Shown: positions 15,778-27,618, counted from the first letter of the stretch. The stretch: 36,606 nucleotides of DNA from Gemmatimonadales bacterium (GCA_041612035.1 JBFILX010000002.1:1-36606), one strand, 5' to 3'. The notes: a model not told the origin generated them from the sequence alone. Numbers and translations are program-made.

Positions 15778-15871
15778 CGCGCCTCGCCGCCGCTCGATGG
15801 CCCCGGCCAGCGGGCGGCGGTTTGTACAGGAACCTCAACCGCGACACGCGAGGACGGATCGACAGGACATC

Positions 15872-16759
15872 ATGACGCAGACGATCACCGCCAAGGACGT
15901 GGCCGAGCTTCGGGGGCGCACCGGAGCCGGCATGATGGATTGCAAGAAGGCGCTCGAGGAGGCCAACGGCGACATGGCCCGGGCCGCGGAGCTGCTCCGC
16001 GCCAAGGGCATCGCCAAGGCCGACAAGCGGGTCGGCCGGACCACCTCCCAGGGCCTGATCGCGGGCCTGGTGGGCGAGGACGGCCGGGCGGGCGCCCTGG
16101 TCGAGCTCACCTGCGAGACCGACTTCGTGGCCCGCACCGACGACTTCGGCCGGGTGGCCGAGGCGCTGCTGGCCCAGGTGGCTGCCGGGGAGCCCATGGC
16201 GCTCGAGGCCTTCCTGGCCCAGCCGGCCCAGGGCAGCCCCGGCAAGACCGTGGCCGACCTGGTCAAGGAAGTCTCCGGCAAGACCGGGGAGAGCGTGGCG
16301 CTGCGCCATGCGGTCAAGCTGGCCCCCGGCCCGTCCGGCCGGGTGGGGCTGTACCTGCACCACAACCGGCAGGTGGGGGTGCTGGTCGAGCTGGCCGCGG
16401 CCACGCCCGAGGTGGCGGCCCATCCGGCGGTGGAGGACCTCGCGCGGGAACTGGCCATCCACGTGGCGTCGGCCAACCCCCTGGCGGTGCGGGGCGAGGA
16501 CATCGATCCGGCGGTGCTCGACCGGGAGCGCCGGATCGCCGACGAGCAGGCCACCGCGGAAGGGAAGCCCGAGGCGGTGCGGGCCAAGATGGTCGAGGGC
16601 AAGGTCCGCAAGTTCATCGCGGAACAGGCGCTCATGAGCCAGCCCTGGGTGAAGGACGACAAGAAGGCGATCGGCGCCCTGGTCGAGGAGGCCGCCAAGG
16701 CGGCCGGGGGCGCGGTGACCGTGTCCCGGTTCGTCCGGCGGCGGGTCGGGGAGGGGTGA
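15872..16759 (+). CDS. tsf: translation elongation factor Ts
   Basis: MTQTITAKDVAELRGRTGAGMMDCKKALEEANGDM..A.ELLR.KG is the canonical EF-Ts UBA-like N-terminus. The rpsB-tsf order is conserved. Confidence 0.95.
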   Translation: MTQTITAKDVAELRGRTGAGMMDCKKALEEANGDMARAAELLRAKGIAKADKRVGRTTSQGLIAGLVGEDGRAGALVELTCETDFVARTDDFGRVAEALLAQVAAGEPMALEAFLAQPAQGSPGKTVADLVKEVSGKTGESVALRHAVKLAPGPSGRVGLYLHHNRQVGVLVELAAATPEVAAHPAVEDLARELAIHVASANPLAVRGEDIDPAVLDRERRIADEQATAEGKPEAVRAKMVEGKVRKFIAEQALMSQPWVKDDKKAIGALVEEAAKAAGGAVTVSRFVRRRVGEG

Positions 16760-17469
16760 TGGCCCTGGCCCACCGGCGGGCGCTGCTCAAGATCTCCGGC
16801 GAGGCCCTCGCCGGCGACCGGGGCATCGGGCTCGACTACGGGGTGATCGAGCGGCTGGCGGAAGAGCTGCGCGACGTCCACGGCCGGGGGGTGCAGCTGG
16901 GGCTGGTGGTGGGCGGCGGGAACATCGTGCGGGGCACCACCGCCAGCCAGGCCGGGCTGGACCGGGTCTCGGCCGATTACATGGGCATGCTGGCCACCGT
17001 CATCAATGCCCTGGCCCTGCAGAACGTGCTGGAAGGCCTGGGGCTCGAGACCCGGGTGATGACCGCCATCCGGATGGAGTCGGTGGCCGAGCCCTACATC
17101 CGGCGCCGGGCGATCCGCCACCTGGGCAAGAACCGGATCGTGATCTTCGCGGCCGGGACCGGCAACCCGTTCTTCTCGACCGACACCGCGGCGGTGCTCC
17201 GGGCCCTGGAGATCGAGGCCGAGGTCCTGCTCAAGGGGACGGGGGTGGACGGGGTCTTCACCGGCGACCCGAAGACCGACCCGACGGCCACCTTCATCCC
17301 CGAGCTCAGCTTCCAGGAGGCGATCGTCAACGGCTACGCCGTGATGGACGCCAACGCGTTCGGCCTGTGCAAGGCCAACAGCCTCCCGGTGGTCGTGTTC
17401 AACCTCCAGACGGCCGGCTCGATCCTCCGCATCCTGGAGGGCGAGCGGGTGGGGACGATCGTCCGATGA
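16759..17469 (+). CDS. pyrH: UMP kinase
   Basis: LLKISGEAL, VVGGGNIVRG, DYMGMLATVINAL and FAAGTGNPFFSTDTAA. The start overlaps the tsf stop by 1 nt (TGATG). Confidence 0.95.
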   Translation: MALAHRRALLKISGEALAGDRGIGLDYGVIERLAEELRDVHGRGVQLGLVVGGGNIVRGTTASQAGLDRVSADYMGMLATVINALALQNVLEGLGLETRVMTAIRMESVAEPYIRRRAIRHLGKNRIVIFAAGTGNPFFSTDTAAVLRALEIEAEVLLKGTGVDGVFTGDPKTDPTATFIPELSFQEAIVNGYAVMDANAFGLCKANSLPVVVFNLQTAGSILRILEGERVGTIVR

Positions 17470-18020
17470 CCGAGATCGCAGCGCACCTGCGGGAAGCCGG
17501 CGACCAGATGGCCCGGGCGGTGGAGAACACCCGCCGCGAGTTCTCCGGCATCCGGAGCGGCAAGGCCTCGACCTCGCTGCTCGACCTGGTGAAGGTCGAG
17601 GCGTACGGCACCATGATGCCGCTGAACCAGGTGGCCCTGGTGTCGGCGCCCGAACCCCGCCTGCTCACCGTGCAGCCCTTCGACAAGAGCCAGGTGCCGG
17701 CGGTCGAGAAGGCGATCCGCGACGCCGACCTGGGCCTCAACCCCGCGAGCCAGGGGGGAATGATCCGGGTGCCGCTGCCGGCCCTGACCGAGGAGCGTCG
17801 CCGGGAGCTGGTGCGGCTGGTGCACAAGCTGGGGGAGGAGGGGCGGGTGGCCGTCCGGCACCACCGGCACGACTGCCTCGGGAAGCTCAAGAAGGTCGAG
17901 CACGTGTCGGAGGACGCCATCCGCCACGCGGAGAAGGACGTCCAGAAGCTCACCGACGACCACGTCCACCAGATCGACGAGCTGATCAAGGCCAAAGAGG
18001 CCGAGATCATGGAAGTGTGA
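17466..18020 (+). CDS. frr: ribosome recycling factor
   Basis: 184 aa. F..IR.G.AS..LLD.V.VE.YG....L.Q.A and LNP...G..I.VP.P.LTEERR. ATGA overlap with pyrH. Confidence 0.95.
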   Translation: MTEIAAHLREAGDQMARAVENTRREFSGIRSGKASTSLLDLVKVEAYGTMMPLNQVALVSAPEPRLLTVQPFDKSQVPAVEKAIRDADLGLNPASQGGMIRVPLPALTEERRRELVRLVHKLGEEGRVAVRHHRHDCLGKLKKVEHVSEDAIRHAEKDVQKLTDDHVHQIDELIKAKEAEIMEV

Positions 18021-18766
18021 CCCGCTCCGACCACCCGCTGCTGGCCGAGATCCGCGCCCACGGATCGGTCCCGGCCCACATTGCCGCCATCATGGACGGG
18101 AACGGCCGCTGGGCCCGGGCGCGGTCGCTGCCCCGTTCCGAGGGGCACCGCGCCGGCATGCGGGCGGTGCGCGAGATCGTGGAGGGCGGCATCGAGGCAG
18201 GGGTGGGCACCCTGACCCTGTTCGCCTTCAGCCAGGAGAACTGGCAGCGGCCCGCGGAGGAGATCGGCTCCCTGATGGACCTGCTGGAGGAGTACATCCT
18301 GCGCGAGACGGCCGAGCTGGTGGAGCAGGGGGTGCGGGTCCGGATCCTGGGCGACCTGGAGCGGCTCTCCCCCTCGGCGCGGGAGGGCGTGGAGGGGCTG
18401 ATGGCGGTGACCGCCACCGGGACGGTGCTGGACCTCAACCTCTGCATCTCCTACGGGGCGCGGGCCGAGCTGGCCCGGGCGGCGCGCCTGCTGGCGGAGG
18501 ACGTCGCGGCCGGCCGGCTGCGGCCGGACGCCATCGGCGAGGACGCGCTCGCGGCCCGGCTCTATACCTGGCCCGCCCCCGACCCCGACCTGCTGATCCG
18601 CACGTCGGGCGAGTTCCGGCTCTCCAACTTCCTGCTCTGGCAGCTGGCCTATGCCGAATTGCACGTCACGCCGGTCCTCTGGCCGGACTTCACCCGCGCC
18701 CACCTCTTCGAGGCCATCCGGGAGTTCCAGCACCGGGACCGGCGCTTCGGGAAGGTGACCGCCTGA
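18017..18766 (+). CDS. uppS: isoprenyl transferase (undecaprenyl diphosphate synthase)
   Basis: HIAAIMDGNGRWA, LTLFAFSQENW..P..E and IRTSGE.RLSNFLLWQ.AY.EL. The GTG start overlaps the frr stop (GTGA). Confidence 0.94.
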   Translation: MTRSDHPLLAEIRAHGSVPAHIAAIMDGNGRWARARSLPRSEGHRAGMRAVREIVEGGIEAGVGTLTLFAFSQENWQRPAEEIGSLMDLLEEYILRETAELVEQGVRVRILGDLERLSPSAREGVEGLMAVTATGTVLDLNLCISYGARAELARAARLLAEDVAAGRLRPDAIGEDALAARLYTWPAPDPDLLIRTSGEFRLSNFLLWQLAYAELHVTPVLWPDFTRAHLFEAIREFQHRDRRFGKVTA

Positions 18767-18768
18767 GC

Positions 18769-19638
18769 ATGGCCGGCAATCTGGCGGTACGGATCGCCTT
18801 CGCGGCGGTGGCCATCCCCGCCGTGCTGGCGGCGGTGTGGCAGGGGGGCCTGGTGCTGGTGGGGGTGACCGCCCTCGCCGCCATGCTGGGCACCCGGGAG
18901 GTGCTGTACCTGGCCGCCCAGCGGGGGACCCGGTCGCACGGGACCCTGGCGGTCCTCACCGCCGCGGTGCTCCCCTGGCTGGCCTGGATCGCGGTCTCGG
19001 ATCCGGGCGCCGCCGCCCTGCTGCCGGCCCGCGCCGTCTCCGGCGTGGTGCTGTGGCTGCTGGCGGTGCTGCTCCTGACCCTCTGGTTCGTGCCCGCCGA
19101 CCGGCATCCGCTGGCCGCGGCCTCGGTGACCCTGCTGGCGCCGCTCTACGCCGGAGGCACCCTCGCCTTCCTGGTGGTGCTCCGCCACGGGGCGGGGCAC
19201 GGGCTCCGCTCCTGGCCGGCCGTGGGGCTGGTCTTCCTCCCGCTGGCGGTCACCTGGGTCTGCGATTCGGTCGCGATGCTGGTGGGGCGCCGGCTGGGCG
19301 GCCCCAAGCTCGCGCCGAGGGTGAGCCCGGGGAAGACCTGGTCCGGCACGATCGGCGGGGTGGTGGGGGCGCTGGCGGCCGCGCTCGCCTACCAGGCCCT
19401 GGTGGCCGAGCCCCTGCGGCTCGCGCTGACGCCGTGGCAGGCCCTCGCGGTCGGGGGCGTGGTCGGGGTGTTCGGGCAGCTGGGCGACCTGGCCGAGTCG
19501 CTCCTCAAGCGCGAGGCGGGGGTCAAGGACTCGAGCCGCCTCCTCCCGGGCCACGGGGGCGTCCTCGACCGACTCGACTCGCTCTACTTCGTCATTCCGC
19601 TCACCGCCATCCTGTACCGGGCCTTCGGGCTGCTCTGA
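18769..19638 (+). CDS. cdsA: phosphatidate cytidylyltransferase
   Basis: Multi-TM protein with SPGKTWSGTIGG and the C-terminal signature KREAGVKDSSRLLPGHGGVLDRLDS. Confidence 0.93.
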   Translation: MAGNLAVRIAFAAVAIPAVLAAVWQGGLVLVGVTALAAMLGTREVLYLAAQRGTRSHGTLAVLTAAVLPWLAWIAVSDPGAAALLPARAVSGVVLWLLAVLLLTLWFVPADRHPLAAASVTLLAPLYAGGTLAFLVVLRHGAGHGLRSWPAVGLVFLPLAVTWVCDSVAMLVGRRLGGPKLAPRVSPGKTWSGTIGGVVGALAAALAYQALVAEPLRLALTPWQALAVGGVVGVFGQLGDLAESLLKREAGVKDSSRLLPGHGGVLDRLDSLYFVIPLTAILYRAFGLL

Positions 19639-20732
19639 TGCGGGGCGTGGCGGTCCTGGGGTCCACCGGGTCGATCGGTGAGGCCACCCTGGAAGTGCTG
19701 CGGCGCCAGGCCGGGCGCTTCCGGGCCACGGCGCTCACGGCGGGGGGCAACCGCGACCTGCTGGCCCGGCAGGCCGCCGCCTTCCGGCCCGCCTACACCG
19801 CCTGCGTGGCCGATGCGGGCCCGGCCTGCCTGACCGCGGCGGCCACCCGGGACGACGTGGACATCGTGGTGAACGCGGTGGTCGGCTTCGCGGGGCTCGA
19901 CGCCACCCTGGCCGCACTGCGGGCCGGCAAGCGGGTGGCCCTGGCGAACAAGGAGTCGCTGGTGGTGGCCGGGCCCCTGGTCCTGGCGGCGGCGCGCGAG
20001 GGAGGCGGGGAGCTGGTCCCGGTCGACTCCGAGCACAGCGCGGTGCTGCAGTGCCTCACCGCCAGCCCGTCCCGGCCGACCCGCCTCATCCTCACCGCGT
20101 CCGGGGGCCCGTTCCGCGACTGGCCGCCCGAGCGGATCCGGGGGGCGGGGGTGGCGGAGGCGCTCAACCACCCGACCTGGCGGATGGGGAGCAAGATCAC
20201 GGTGGACAGTGCCACCCTGGCGAACAAGGCGCTGGAGGTCATCGAGGCGCACTTCCTCTTCGGGCTGCCCTTCGACCGGATCGAGGTGGTGGTGCATCCC
20301 CAGAGCATCGTGCACGCCCTGGTGGAGTTCGAGGACGGGAGCGTGCTGGCCCAGCTGGGGATGCCGTCCATGGAGCTGCCCATCCTGTACGCCCTCACCC
20401 ATCCCGAGCGTCTCCCGGACGGCGCCGTTCCCCGGTTCGACCCGGTGGTGACCCGGTCGCTGACCTTCGAGCCGGTCCGGGCCGAGGTGTTCCCGACCCT
20501 GGGGCTGGGGGTGGCGGCGGGCCGGCGGGGGGGCACCGCCCCGGCTGTCTTCAACGCGGCCAACGAGGCCGCCGTGGCCGCCTTCCTGGCGGGGAGGATC
20601 CCGTTCGGCCGCATCGCCGAGACCGTCGCGGCCGCCGTCGAGGCGCACGCGCCGGTCCCGGTCTCCGATCTGGAAACGGTCCGTGAAGCCGATCGCTGGG
20701 CCCGGGCACGGGCCGAGGAGCTGCTGAGGTGA
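19638..20732 (+). CDS. dxr: 1-deoxy-D-xylulose 5-phosphate reductoisomerase
   Basis: VAVLGSTGSIGEATLEV, LANKESLV, PVDSEHSA.QC, LTASGGPFR, HP.W.MG.KITVDSATL.NK.LEVIEA and HPQSIVH..VEF.DGS. 364 aa. The start overlaps the cdsA stop by 1 nt. Confidence 0.94.
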   Translation: MRGVAVLGSTGSIGEATLEVLRRQAGRFRATALTAGGNRDLLARQAAAFRPAYTACVADAGPACLTAAATRDDVDIVVNAVVGFAGLDATLAALRAGKRVALANKESLVVAGPLVLAAAREGGGELVPVDSEHSAVLQCLTASPSRPTRLILTASGGPFRDWPPERIRGAGVAEALNHPTWRMGSKITVDSATLANKALEVIEAHFLFGLPFDRIEVVVHPQSIVHALVEFEDGSVLAQLGMPSMELPILYALTHPERLPDGAVPRFDPVVTRSLTFEPVRAEVFPTLGLGVAAGRRGGTAPAVFNAANEAAVAAFLAGRIPFGRIAETVAAAVEAHAPVPVSDLETVREADRWARARAEELLR

Positions 20733-22108
20733 ATACCGCGCTGATCAGTCTGGCGTCCCTGGTGGTGGTGCTGGGGGTGCTGATCTTCCTGCACGAGCTG
20801 GGGCATTTCGTGGCCGCCAAGTGGGCCGGCATCCGGGTGTTCCGGTTCTCGCTGGGCATCGGCACGCCGATCCCGGGCCTCTCGTTCAAGCGGGGCCATA
20901 CCGAGTACGCGATCTGCTGGCTCCCGCTGGGCGGGTACGTGCGGATGGCCAGCCGCGAGGAGACCTCGGGCGACACGCTGGAGGGCGGGGCGATCGACAT
21001 GTCGGATGTCCCGCCCGAGGAGACCTTCGAGACCAAGCCGGTCTGGCAGCGGATGATCGTCATCCTGGCCGGGGTCGCGATGAACGTCGTGTTCGCCTGG
21101 GCGGCCTACAGCGCGGTGTTCTATCGCCAGGGCAAGCCGGTGCATCCCAGCACGGTGCTGGGCCAGGTGGTGGACTCGGCCCTGCCCGCGGGGGCGGCCG
21201 GACTCCGGGCCCTGGCGCCCGGCGACTCGCTGGTGGCGGTCGGGGGCGTCCCGCTGGCGTCGTGGGAGCAGATCCAGGACCGGCTCCAGGCCCTGCCGCA
21301 GGACACCATCCTCTTCGAGGCGGCGGGCCGCGACCCGGTGGCCGTGGTCCTGCACCGGGACGCCCTGGTGGACCGGATGGCGGTGGCCAACGCGCTGCTC
21401 CCCTGGGTGCCGGCCGTGCTCGGCGAGGTGGTGCCGGACCGGCCCGCGGCGCGGGCGGGGCTGGAGACCGGGGACACCGTGGTGGCGGTGGACGGCCGCG
21501 CCACCCCGCAGTGGTACGACCTGGTCCGGGTGCTGGAGGCCCGGCCCGGCGAGGAGCTGCTCCTCACCGTCGGGGGGCCGGAGGGCCGGCGCGAGGTGCG
21601 GCTCACCACCGAGTCGGCGACGGTGCGCGGGCCCGACAAGACCGAGCGCCAGGTGGGCCGGATCGGGGTGTACCCCCGGGGGCCCGACGTCCGCTACGAG
21701 CCGCTGAGCCCCGGGGGGGCGATGCGGGCGGGGGCGGCGCTCACCGCCTCCACCTCCACCTTCATCGTGCGGGTGGTGCGGGGGATGTTCACCGGCCGGG
21801 TGTCCACCCGGGAGGTCGGCGGACCGATCGCCATCGCCCAGATCGCCGGGGAGTCCGCCCGCCGGGGGTTCGACGACTTCCTGATGTTCATGGGGCTGAT
21901 CTCGATCAACCTGGCCATCGTGAACATGCTGCCGGTGCCGGTGCTGGACGGGGGGCAGTTCCTCTTCCTGCTGGGGGAGGCGGTCCTCCGGCGCCCCCTC
22001 CCGATGGTGCTCCGGCAGCGGCTGACGGCGGTGGGGCTGGTCCTGGTGGGGCTGCTGATGGTCCTGGCCCTCTCCAACGACATCATGCGCCTGCTGGGGC
22101 TGCTCTAG
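20729..22108 (+). CDS. rseP: RIP metalloprotease RseP (M50 site-2 protease)
   Basis: N-terminal TM with HELGHFVAAK (HExxH), central PDZ-like regions, and C-terminal NLAIVNMLPVPVLDGG. The GTG start overlaps the dxr stop. Confidence 0.93.
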   Translation: MNTALISLASLVVVLGVLIFLHELGHFVAAKWAGIRVFRFSLGIGTPIPGLSFKRGHTEYAICWLPLGGYVRMASREETSGDTLEGGAIDMSDVPPEETFETKPVWQRMIVILAGVAMNVVFAWAAYSAVFYRQGKPVHPSTVLGQVVDSALPAGAAGLRALAPGDSLVAVGGVPLASWEQIQDRLQALPQDTILFEAAGRDPVAVVLHRDALVDRMAVANALLPWVPAVLGEVVPDRPAARAGLETGDTVVAVDGRATPQWYDLVRVLEARPGEELLLTVGGPEGRREVRLTTESATVRGPDKTERQVGRIGVYPRGPDVRYEPLSPGGAMRAGAALTASTSTFIVRVVRGMFTGRVSTREVGGPIAIAQIAGESARRGFDDFLMFMGLISINLAIVNMLPVPVLDGGQFLFLLGEAVLRRPLPMVLRQRLTAVGLVLVGLLMVLALSNDIMRLLGLL

Positions 22109-22146
22109 CCCCCCGGGGCGGGGGGCGCGGGCCCGGCGCGGGACCC

Positions 22147-22176
22147 TTGCACGGGCACCGGGAGGCCGGTTAGATT
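22147..22176 (+). promoter_or_regulatory. sigma-70-like promoter candidate for rpsO
   Basis: TTGCAC (22147-22152), an 18-nt spacer, then TAGATT (22171-22176). A leader hairpin follows: GCGCGG(22209-22214), loop AGAGG, CCGCGC(22220-22225). GAGG at 22227-22230 lies 6 nt before the ATG at 22237. Confidence 0.5.
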
Positions 22177-22236
22177 GCTATGCTACAAGCGATTAGCGAA
22201 CAGCGAGAGCGCGGAGAGGCCGCGCAGAGGCAGAGC

Positions 22237-22497
22237 ATGACGTTCGACAAGCAGCCGGTGATGACCAAGCACCGCCGCCACGCCACGGACACGGGGTCGA
22301 CTCCGGTCCAGGTCGCGTTGCTCACCGAGCGCATCAATTCCCTGACCGAGCACTTCCGGGTTCACGCCAAGGACCATCATGGCCGGCGCGGACTGCTGAA
22401 GATGGTCGGCCAGCGGCGCAGGCTGCTCACCTACCTCAAGCGCAACGACCTCGACACGTATCGCGCGCTCATCGCGGAGCTCGGGCTGCGACACTAG
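22237..22497 (+). CDS. rpsO: 30S ribosomal protein S15
   Basis: 86 aa from ATG 22237. [40 protein letters not shown] is canonical S15. The 19-codon upstream extension from 22180 would begin inside or at the predicted promoter and is not typical of S15. Confidence 0.94.
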   Translation: MTFDKQPVMTKHRRHATDTGSTPVQVALLTERINSLTEHFRVHAKDHHGRRGLLKMVGQRRRLLTYLKRNDLDTYRALIAELGLRH

Positions 22498-22517
22498 GGT
22501 CGCGCTCGAAAGACAGG

Positions 22518-22547
22518 GGGCGTCCCGGACGACCAGTGGGGACGCCC
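22518..22547 (+). terminator. rpsO-pnp intercistronic stem-loop (attenuator or processing site candidate)
   Basis: GGGCGTCCC(22518-22526) pairs perfectly with GGGACGCCC(22539-22547) across a 12-nt loop. It lies 20 nt after the rpsO stop and has no T tract. Confidence 0.5.
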
Positions 22548-22581
22548 TCATCGTATTGACGTAATGCGTCGAGGTTCAAGC

Positions 22582-24663
<2,082 letters not shown>

Positions 24664-24669
24664 GACACG

Positions 24670-25935
24670 GTGGTGGAGTCGCTCGGCCCGGGCGTGGCCC
24701 GCACCGTGGGGCCCAACGGGCTCCGGGTGCTGACCGAGCGGCTCGGCGGGGTCCGCTCCGCCGCGGTGGGGGTCTGGGTGCGGACCGGCAGCGCCCACGA
24801 GCCCCCCGCCCGGATGGGCGAGGCGCACCTGCTGGAGCACATGGTCTTCCGCGGCACCGAGCGGCGGAACGCCCAGGCCATCGCGCTCGCCCTGGAGAGC
24901 CGGGGCGGCTCGCTCGACGCCTACACCTCGCGGGACCACACCAACTACCAGGCCCACGTGCTCGATGAGGACCTCTCCCTCGCGGTGGAGGTCCTCAGCG
25001 ACCTGGTCCGCCAGCCGCTGCTGCGGGAGAGCGACCTGCCCCTGGAGCGCCAGGTGGTGCTGGAGGAGATCCGCGGGGTCGCGGATGCCCCCGACGACCT
25101 GGTCTTCGAGCTGCACGCCCGCGCCCTGTTCGGCAAGCACCCCTACGGCTACTCGATCCTGGGCACCCGGGAGACGGTGAGCGGCCTCGCCGCGGCCGAC
25201 CTGCAGGCCCTGCACCGCCGGGGCTATCATCCCGGCAACTGCATCATCGCGGCCGCGGGCCACCTGGAGCACGACGCGCTCCTGGAGGCGCTCGACCGGG
25301 AGGGCTGGTTCCGCGACGGGGCCGGGGAGCCGCTTTCCCCGGCGCCGGCGCCGGGGGCCCGCCGGGGGGTGCGGGAGGCGGTGCCCCGGGAGACCCAGCA
25401 GACCCACCTGGTGGTGGGCACCGACACGATCCCGAGCAGCGACCGGCGCCGCTATGCGCTGGGGACGGTGGTGGGCGCCTTCGGCGGGGGGATGTCGAGC
25501 CGGCTGTTCCGGACGGTGCGGGACGAGCTGGGCCTGGCCTACGCCGTCTTCGCCTACAACCAGTTCTACCAGTCCACCGGACTCACCGGGGTGTACGTGG
25601 GCACCCGGCCCGAGGCGGCCGACGAGGCGCTGGCGGTGATCCTGCGGGAGTACGGCCGGCTCGCGGCCGAGGGGCTGCCCCCGGAGGAGCTGGCGACCGC
25701 CAAGCAGCAGCTCAAGGGCCAGATCGTCCTGGGGCTGGAGAGCCCGGGGGCCCGGATGCAGCGGCTGGCCAGCCAGGAGCTGATGGGCGAGCCCTACCGG
25801 CCCATCGACGCGGTGCTGGCGGAGATCGACGCGCTCACCGGGGACGCCGTGGGGGCGCTCACCGCGGAGTACTTCCAGCCCGAGCGGCAGACCATCATGC
25901 GCCTGGGACCGGCGGCCGTGCCCGCCGGCGCCTGA
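24670..25935 (+). CDS. M16 family (pitrilysin/insulinase-like) zinc peptidase
   Basis: The inverted zinc motif [11 protein letters not shown] (HxxEH) is near the N-terminus. 421 aa, with a two-lobe M16 layout. GTG start 6 nt after the pnp stop. Confidence 0.88.
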   Translation: MVESLGPGVARTVGPNGLRVLTERLGGVRSAAVGVWVRTGSAHEPPARMGEAHLLEHMVFRGTERRNAQAIALALESRGGSLDAYTSRDHTNYQAHVLDEDLSLAVEVLSDLVRQPLLRESDLPLERQVVLEEIRGVADAPDDLVFELHARALFGKHPYGYSILGTRETVSGLAAADLQALHRRGYHPGNCIIAAAGHLEHDALLEALDREGWFRDGAGEPLSPAPAPGARRGVREAVPRETQQTHLVVGTDTIPSSDRRRYALGTVVGAFGGGMSSRLFRTVRDELGLAYAVFAYNQFYQSTGLTGVYVGTRPEAADEALAVILREYGRLAAEGLPPEELATAKQQLKGQIVLGLESPGARMQRLASQELMGEPYRPIDAVLAEIDALTGDAVGALTAEYFQPERQTIMRLGPAAVPAGA

Positions 25936-25964
25936 CAGGCACCGACCCTGGAACGAGGCTGACG

Positions 25965-27077
25965 ATGATCATCGGGGTGCCGAAGGAGATCAAGACCAAC
26001 GAGAACCGGGTCGCCCTGGTGCCGGCCGGCGCGGAGCTGCTGGTGGGGGCCGGCCACACCGTCTTCGTGGAGCGGGGCGCCGGCCTGGGGAGCGGGTTCA
26101 CCGACGAGGACTTCGAGCGGGCCGGCGCCCGCCTGCTGGAGACGGCCGAGGAAGTGTGGGACAAGGCCGAGATGATCATGAAGGTGAAGGAGCCCATCGC
26201 GCCCGAGTGGCCGCGGATGCGGAAGGGCCAGGTCATCTACACCTACTTCCACTTCGCCGCCTCGGAGGAGCTGACCCGGGCCGTGATCGGTTCGGGCGCG
26301 GTGGCGGTGGCCTACGAAACGGTGGAACTCGCCACGGGCGAGCTCCCCCTGCTCACGCCGATGTCCGAGGTGGCGGGCCGGATGGCGGTGCAGGAGGGGG
26401 CCAAGTACCTCGAGAAGGTGCACGGGGGCCGGGGGGTCCTGCTGGGCGGCGTGCCGGGCGTGGCCCCGGCCGTGGTGGTGATCCTCGGGGGCGGGGTGGT
26501 CGGGATCAACGCCGCCAAGATGGCGGCCGGGATGGGGGCCCACGTGGTGATCCTCGATATCTCGCTGGACCGGATGCGCTATCTCGACGACGTCCTCCCC
26601 GCCAACGTCGACACCGTCTACTCCAACCGGCACAACGTGCTGGACGCGGTGTCCCGGGCCGACCTGGTGATCGGCGCGGTGCTGCTCACCGGGGCCAAGG
26701 CGCCGCGGCTCCTGCTGCGCGACGACCTGAAGCGGATGAAGCCCGGGGCGGTGGTCGTGGACGTGGCGGTGGACCAGGGCGGCTGCGTGGAGACCATCCA
26801 CCCCACCACCCACGAGGACCCGGTGTACTTCGTGGAGGGGATCCTGCACTACGCGGTGGCCAACATGCCCGGCGGCGTACCCCGGACGTCCACCCTGGCG
26901 CTCACCAACGCCACCCTGCCGTACGCCCTGAAGCTCGCCCGCCAGGGGTGGAGCGCGGCCTGCCGCAAGGATCCGGCCCTCAAGCTGGGGCTCAACGTGG
27001 TGGAGGGGAAGGTGGTCTACCCCGGGGTGGCGGAGGCGTTCGACCTCCCCCTGGTCGAGGTGGACAGCGTCCTGTGA
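25965..27077 (+). CDS. ald: alanine dehydrogenase
   Basis: [16 protein letters not shown], the Rossmann motif [22 protein letters not shown] and VDVA.DQGG. 370 aa. Confidence 0.93.
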   Translation: MIIGVPKEIKTNENRVALVPAGAELLVGAGHTVFVERGAGLGSGFTDEDFERAGARLLETAEEVWDKAEMIMKVKEPIAPEWPRMRKGQVIYTYFHFAASEELTRAVIGSGAVAVAYETVELATGELPLLTPMSEVAGRMAVQEGAKYLEKVHGGRGVLLGGVPGVAPAVVVILGGGVVGINAAKMAAGMGAHVVILDISLDRMRYLDDVLPANVDTVYSNRHNVLDAVSRADLVIGAVLLTGAKAPRLLLRDDLKRMKPGAVVVDVAVDQGGCVETIHPTTHEDPVYFVEGILHYAVANMPGGVPRTSTLALTNATLPYALKLARQGWSAACRKDPALKLGLNVVEGKVVYPGVAEAFDLPLVEVDSVL

Positions 27078-27529
27078 CGGCCCCCTCGGCGCCGCTGGAG
27101 ATCCTGGTCGCCCGGCTCCCCCACGGGGAGGGCCTCCCGCTGCCCGCGCCGGCCACGGCGGGGGCGGCCGGCTGCGACGTGGCCAGCGCCGAGGAGGTCG
27201 TGCTGGGCCCCCTGGAGCGGCGGCTGGTCCGCACCGGGCTCGCGGTGGCCATCCCCGAAGGCTTCGAGATCCAGGTCCGGCCCCGGTCGGGGCTGGCCCT
27301 GCGGCACGGGGTCACCCTGGTGAACCCCCCGGCCACGATCGACAGCGACTACCGGGGCGAACTGATGGTGGCGGTGGTGAACCTGGGGGCGGAGCCGTTC
27401 ACCGTCACCCGGGGCATGCGGATCGCCCAGCTGGTGGCGGCCCGGGTGGAGCGCCCGGTGTTCGTGGCGGTGGCCGACCTCCCCCCCTCCGGCCGCGGCG
27501 CCGGCGGGTTCGGCAGCACCGGCCTGTGA
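27074..27529 (+). CDS. dut: dUTP diphosphatase
   Basis: [25 protein letters not shown] and a C-terminal [11 protein letters not shown]. The GTG start overlaps the ald stop (GTGA). Confidence 0.92.
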   Translation: MTAPSAPLEILVARLPHGEGLPLPAPATAGAAGCDVASAEEVVLGPLERRLVRTGLAVAIPEGFEIQVRPRSGLALRHGVTLVNPPATIDSDYRGELMVAVVNLGAEPFTVTRGMRIAQLVAARVERPVFVAVADLPPSGRGAGGFGSTGL

Positions 27530-27562
27530 CCCCGCGGGGCTCAGACACCGCGCGAGACCGGC

Positions 27563-27591
27563 TTGTCGAAGTGCAAGCGGGCCATTAGCTT
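27563..27591 (+). promoter_or_regulatory. sigma-70-like promoter candidate for the mreBCD-mrdA-rodA operon
   Basis: TTGTCG (27563-27568), a 17-nt spacer, then TAGCTT (27586-27591). The -10 element abuts the ATG at 27592, which argues that the real mreB start is the ATG at 27619. Confidence 0.45.
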
Positions 27592-27618
27592 ATGCCCGGC
27601 TCGCACCCCGGCCAATTC

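Noticed and set aside
22108-22126. G/C-run hairpin (GCCCCCC-GGGGC-GGGGGGC) after rseP, considered as a terminator.
   Set aside because: Homopolymeric C and G runs can pair in many registers and no U tract follows. It may help end the rseP transcript, but the evidence is too weak to annotate.
22180-22236. N-terminal 19-codon extension of rpsO ([19 protein letters not shown]).
   Set aside because: The ATG at 22180 sits 4 nt after the predicted -10 box, and the extension covers the leader hairpin and the GAGG ribosome-binding site. S15 proteins are about 86-90 aa, which matches the start at 22237.
27530-27539. CCCCGCGGGG palindrome immediately after the dut stop, considered as a terminator.
   Set aside because: A 10-nt self-complementary GC string cannot form a hairpin with a viable loop and has no T tract. 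Such palindromes are frequent in high-GC DNA.
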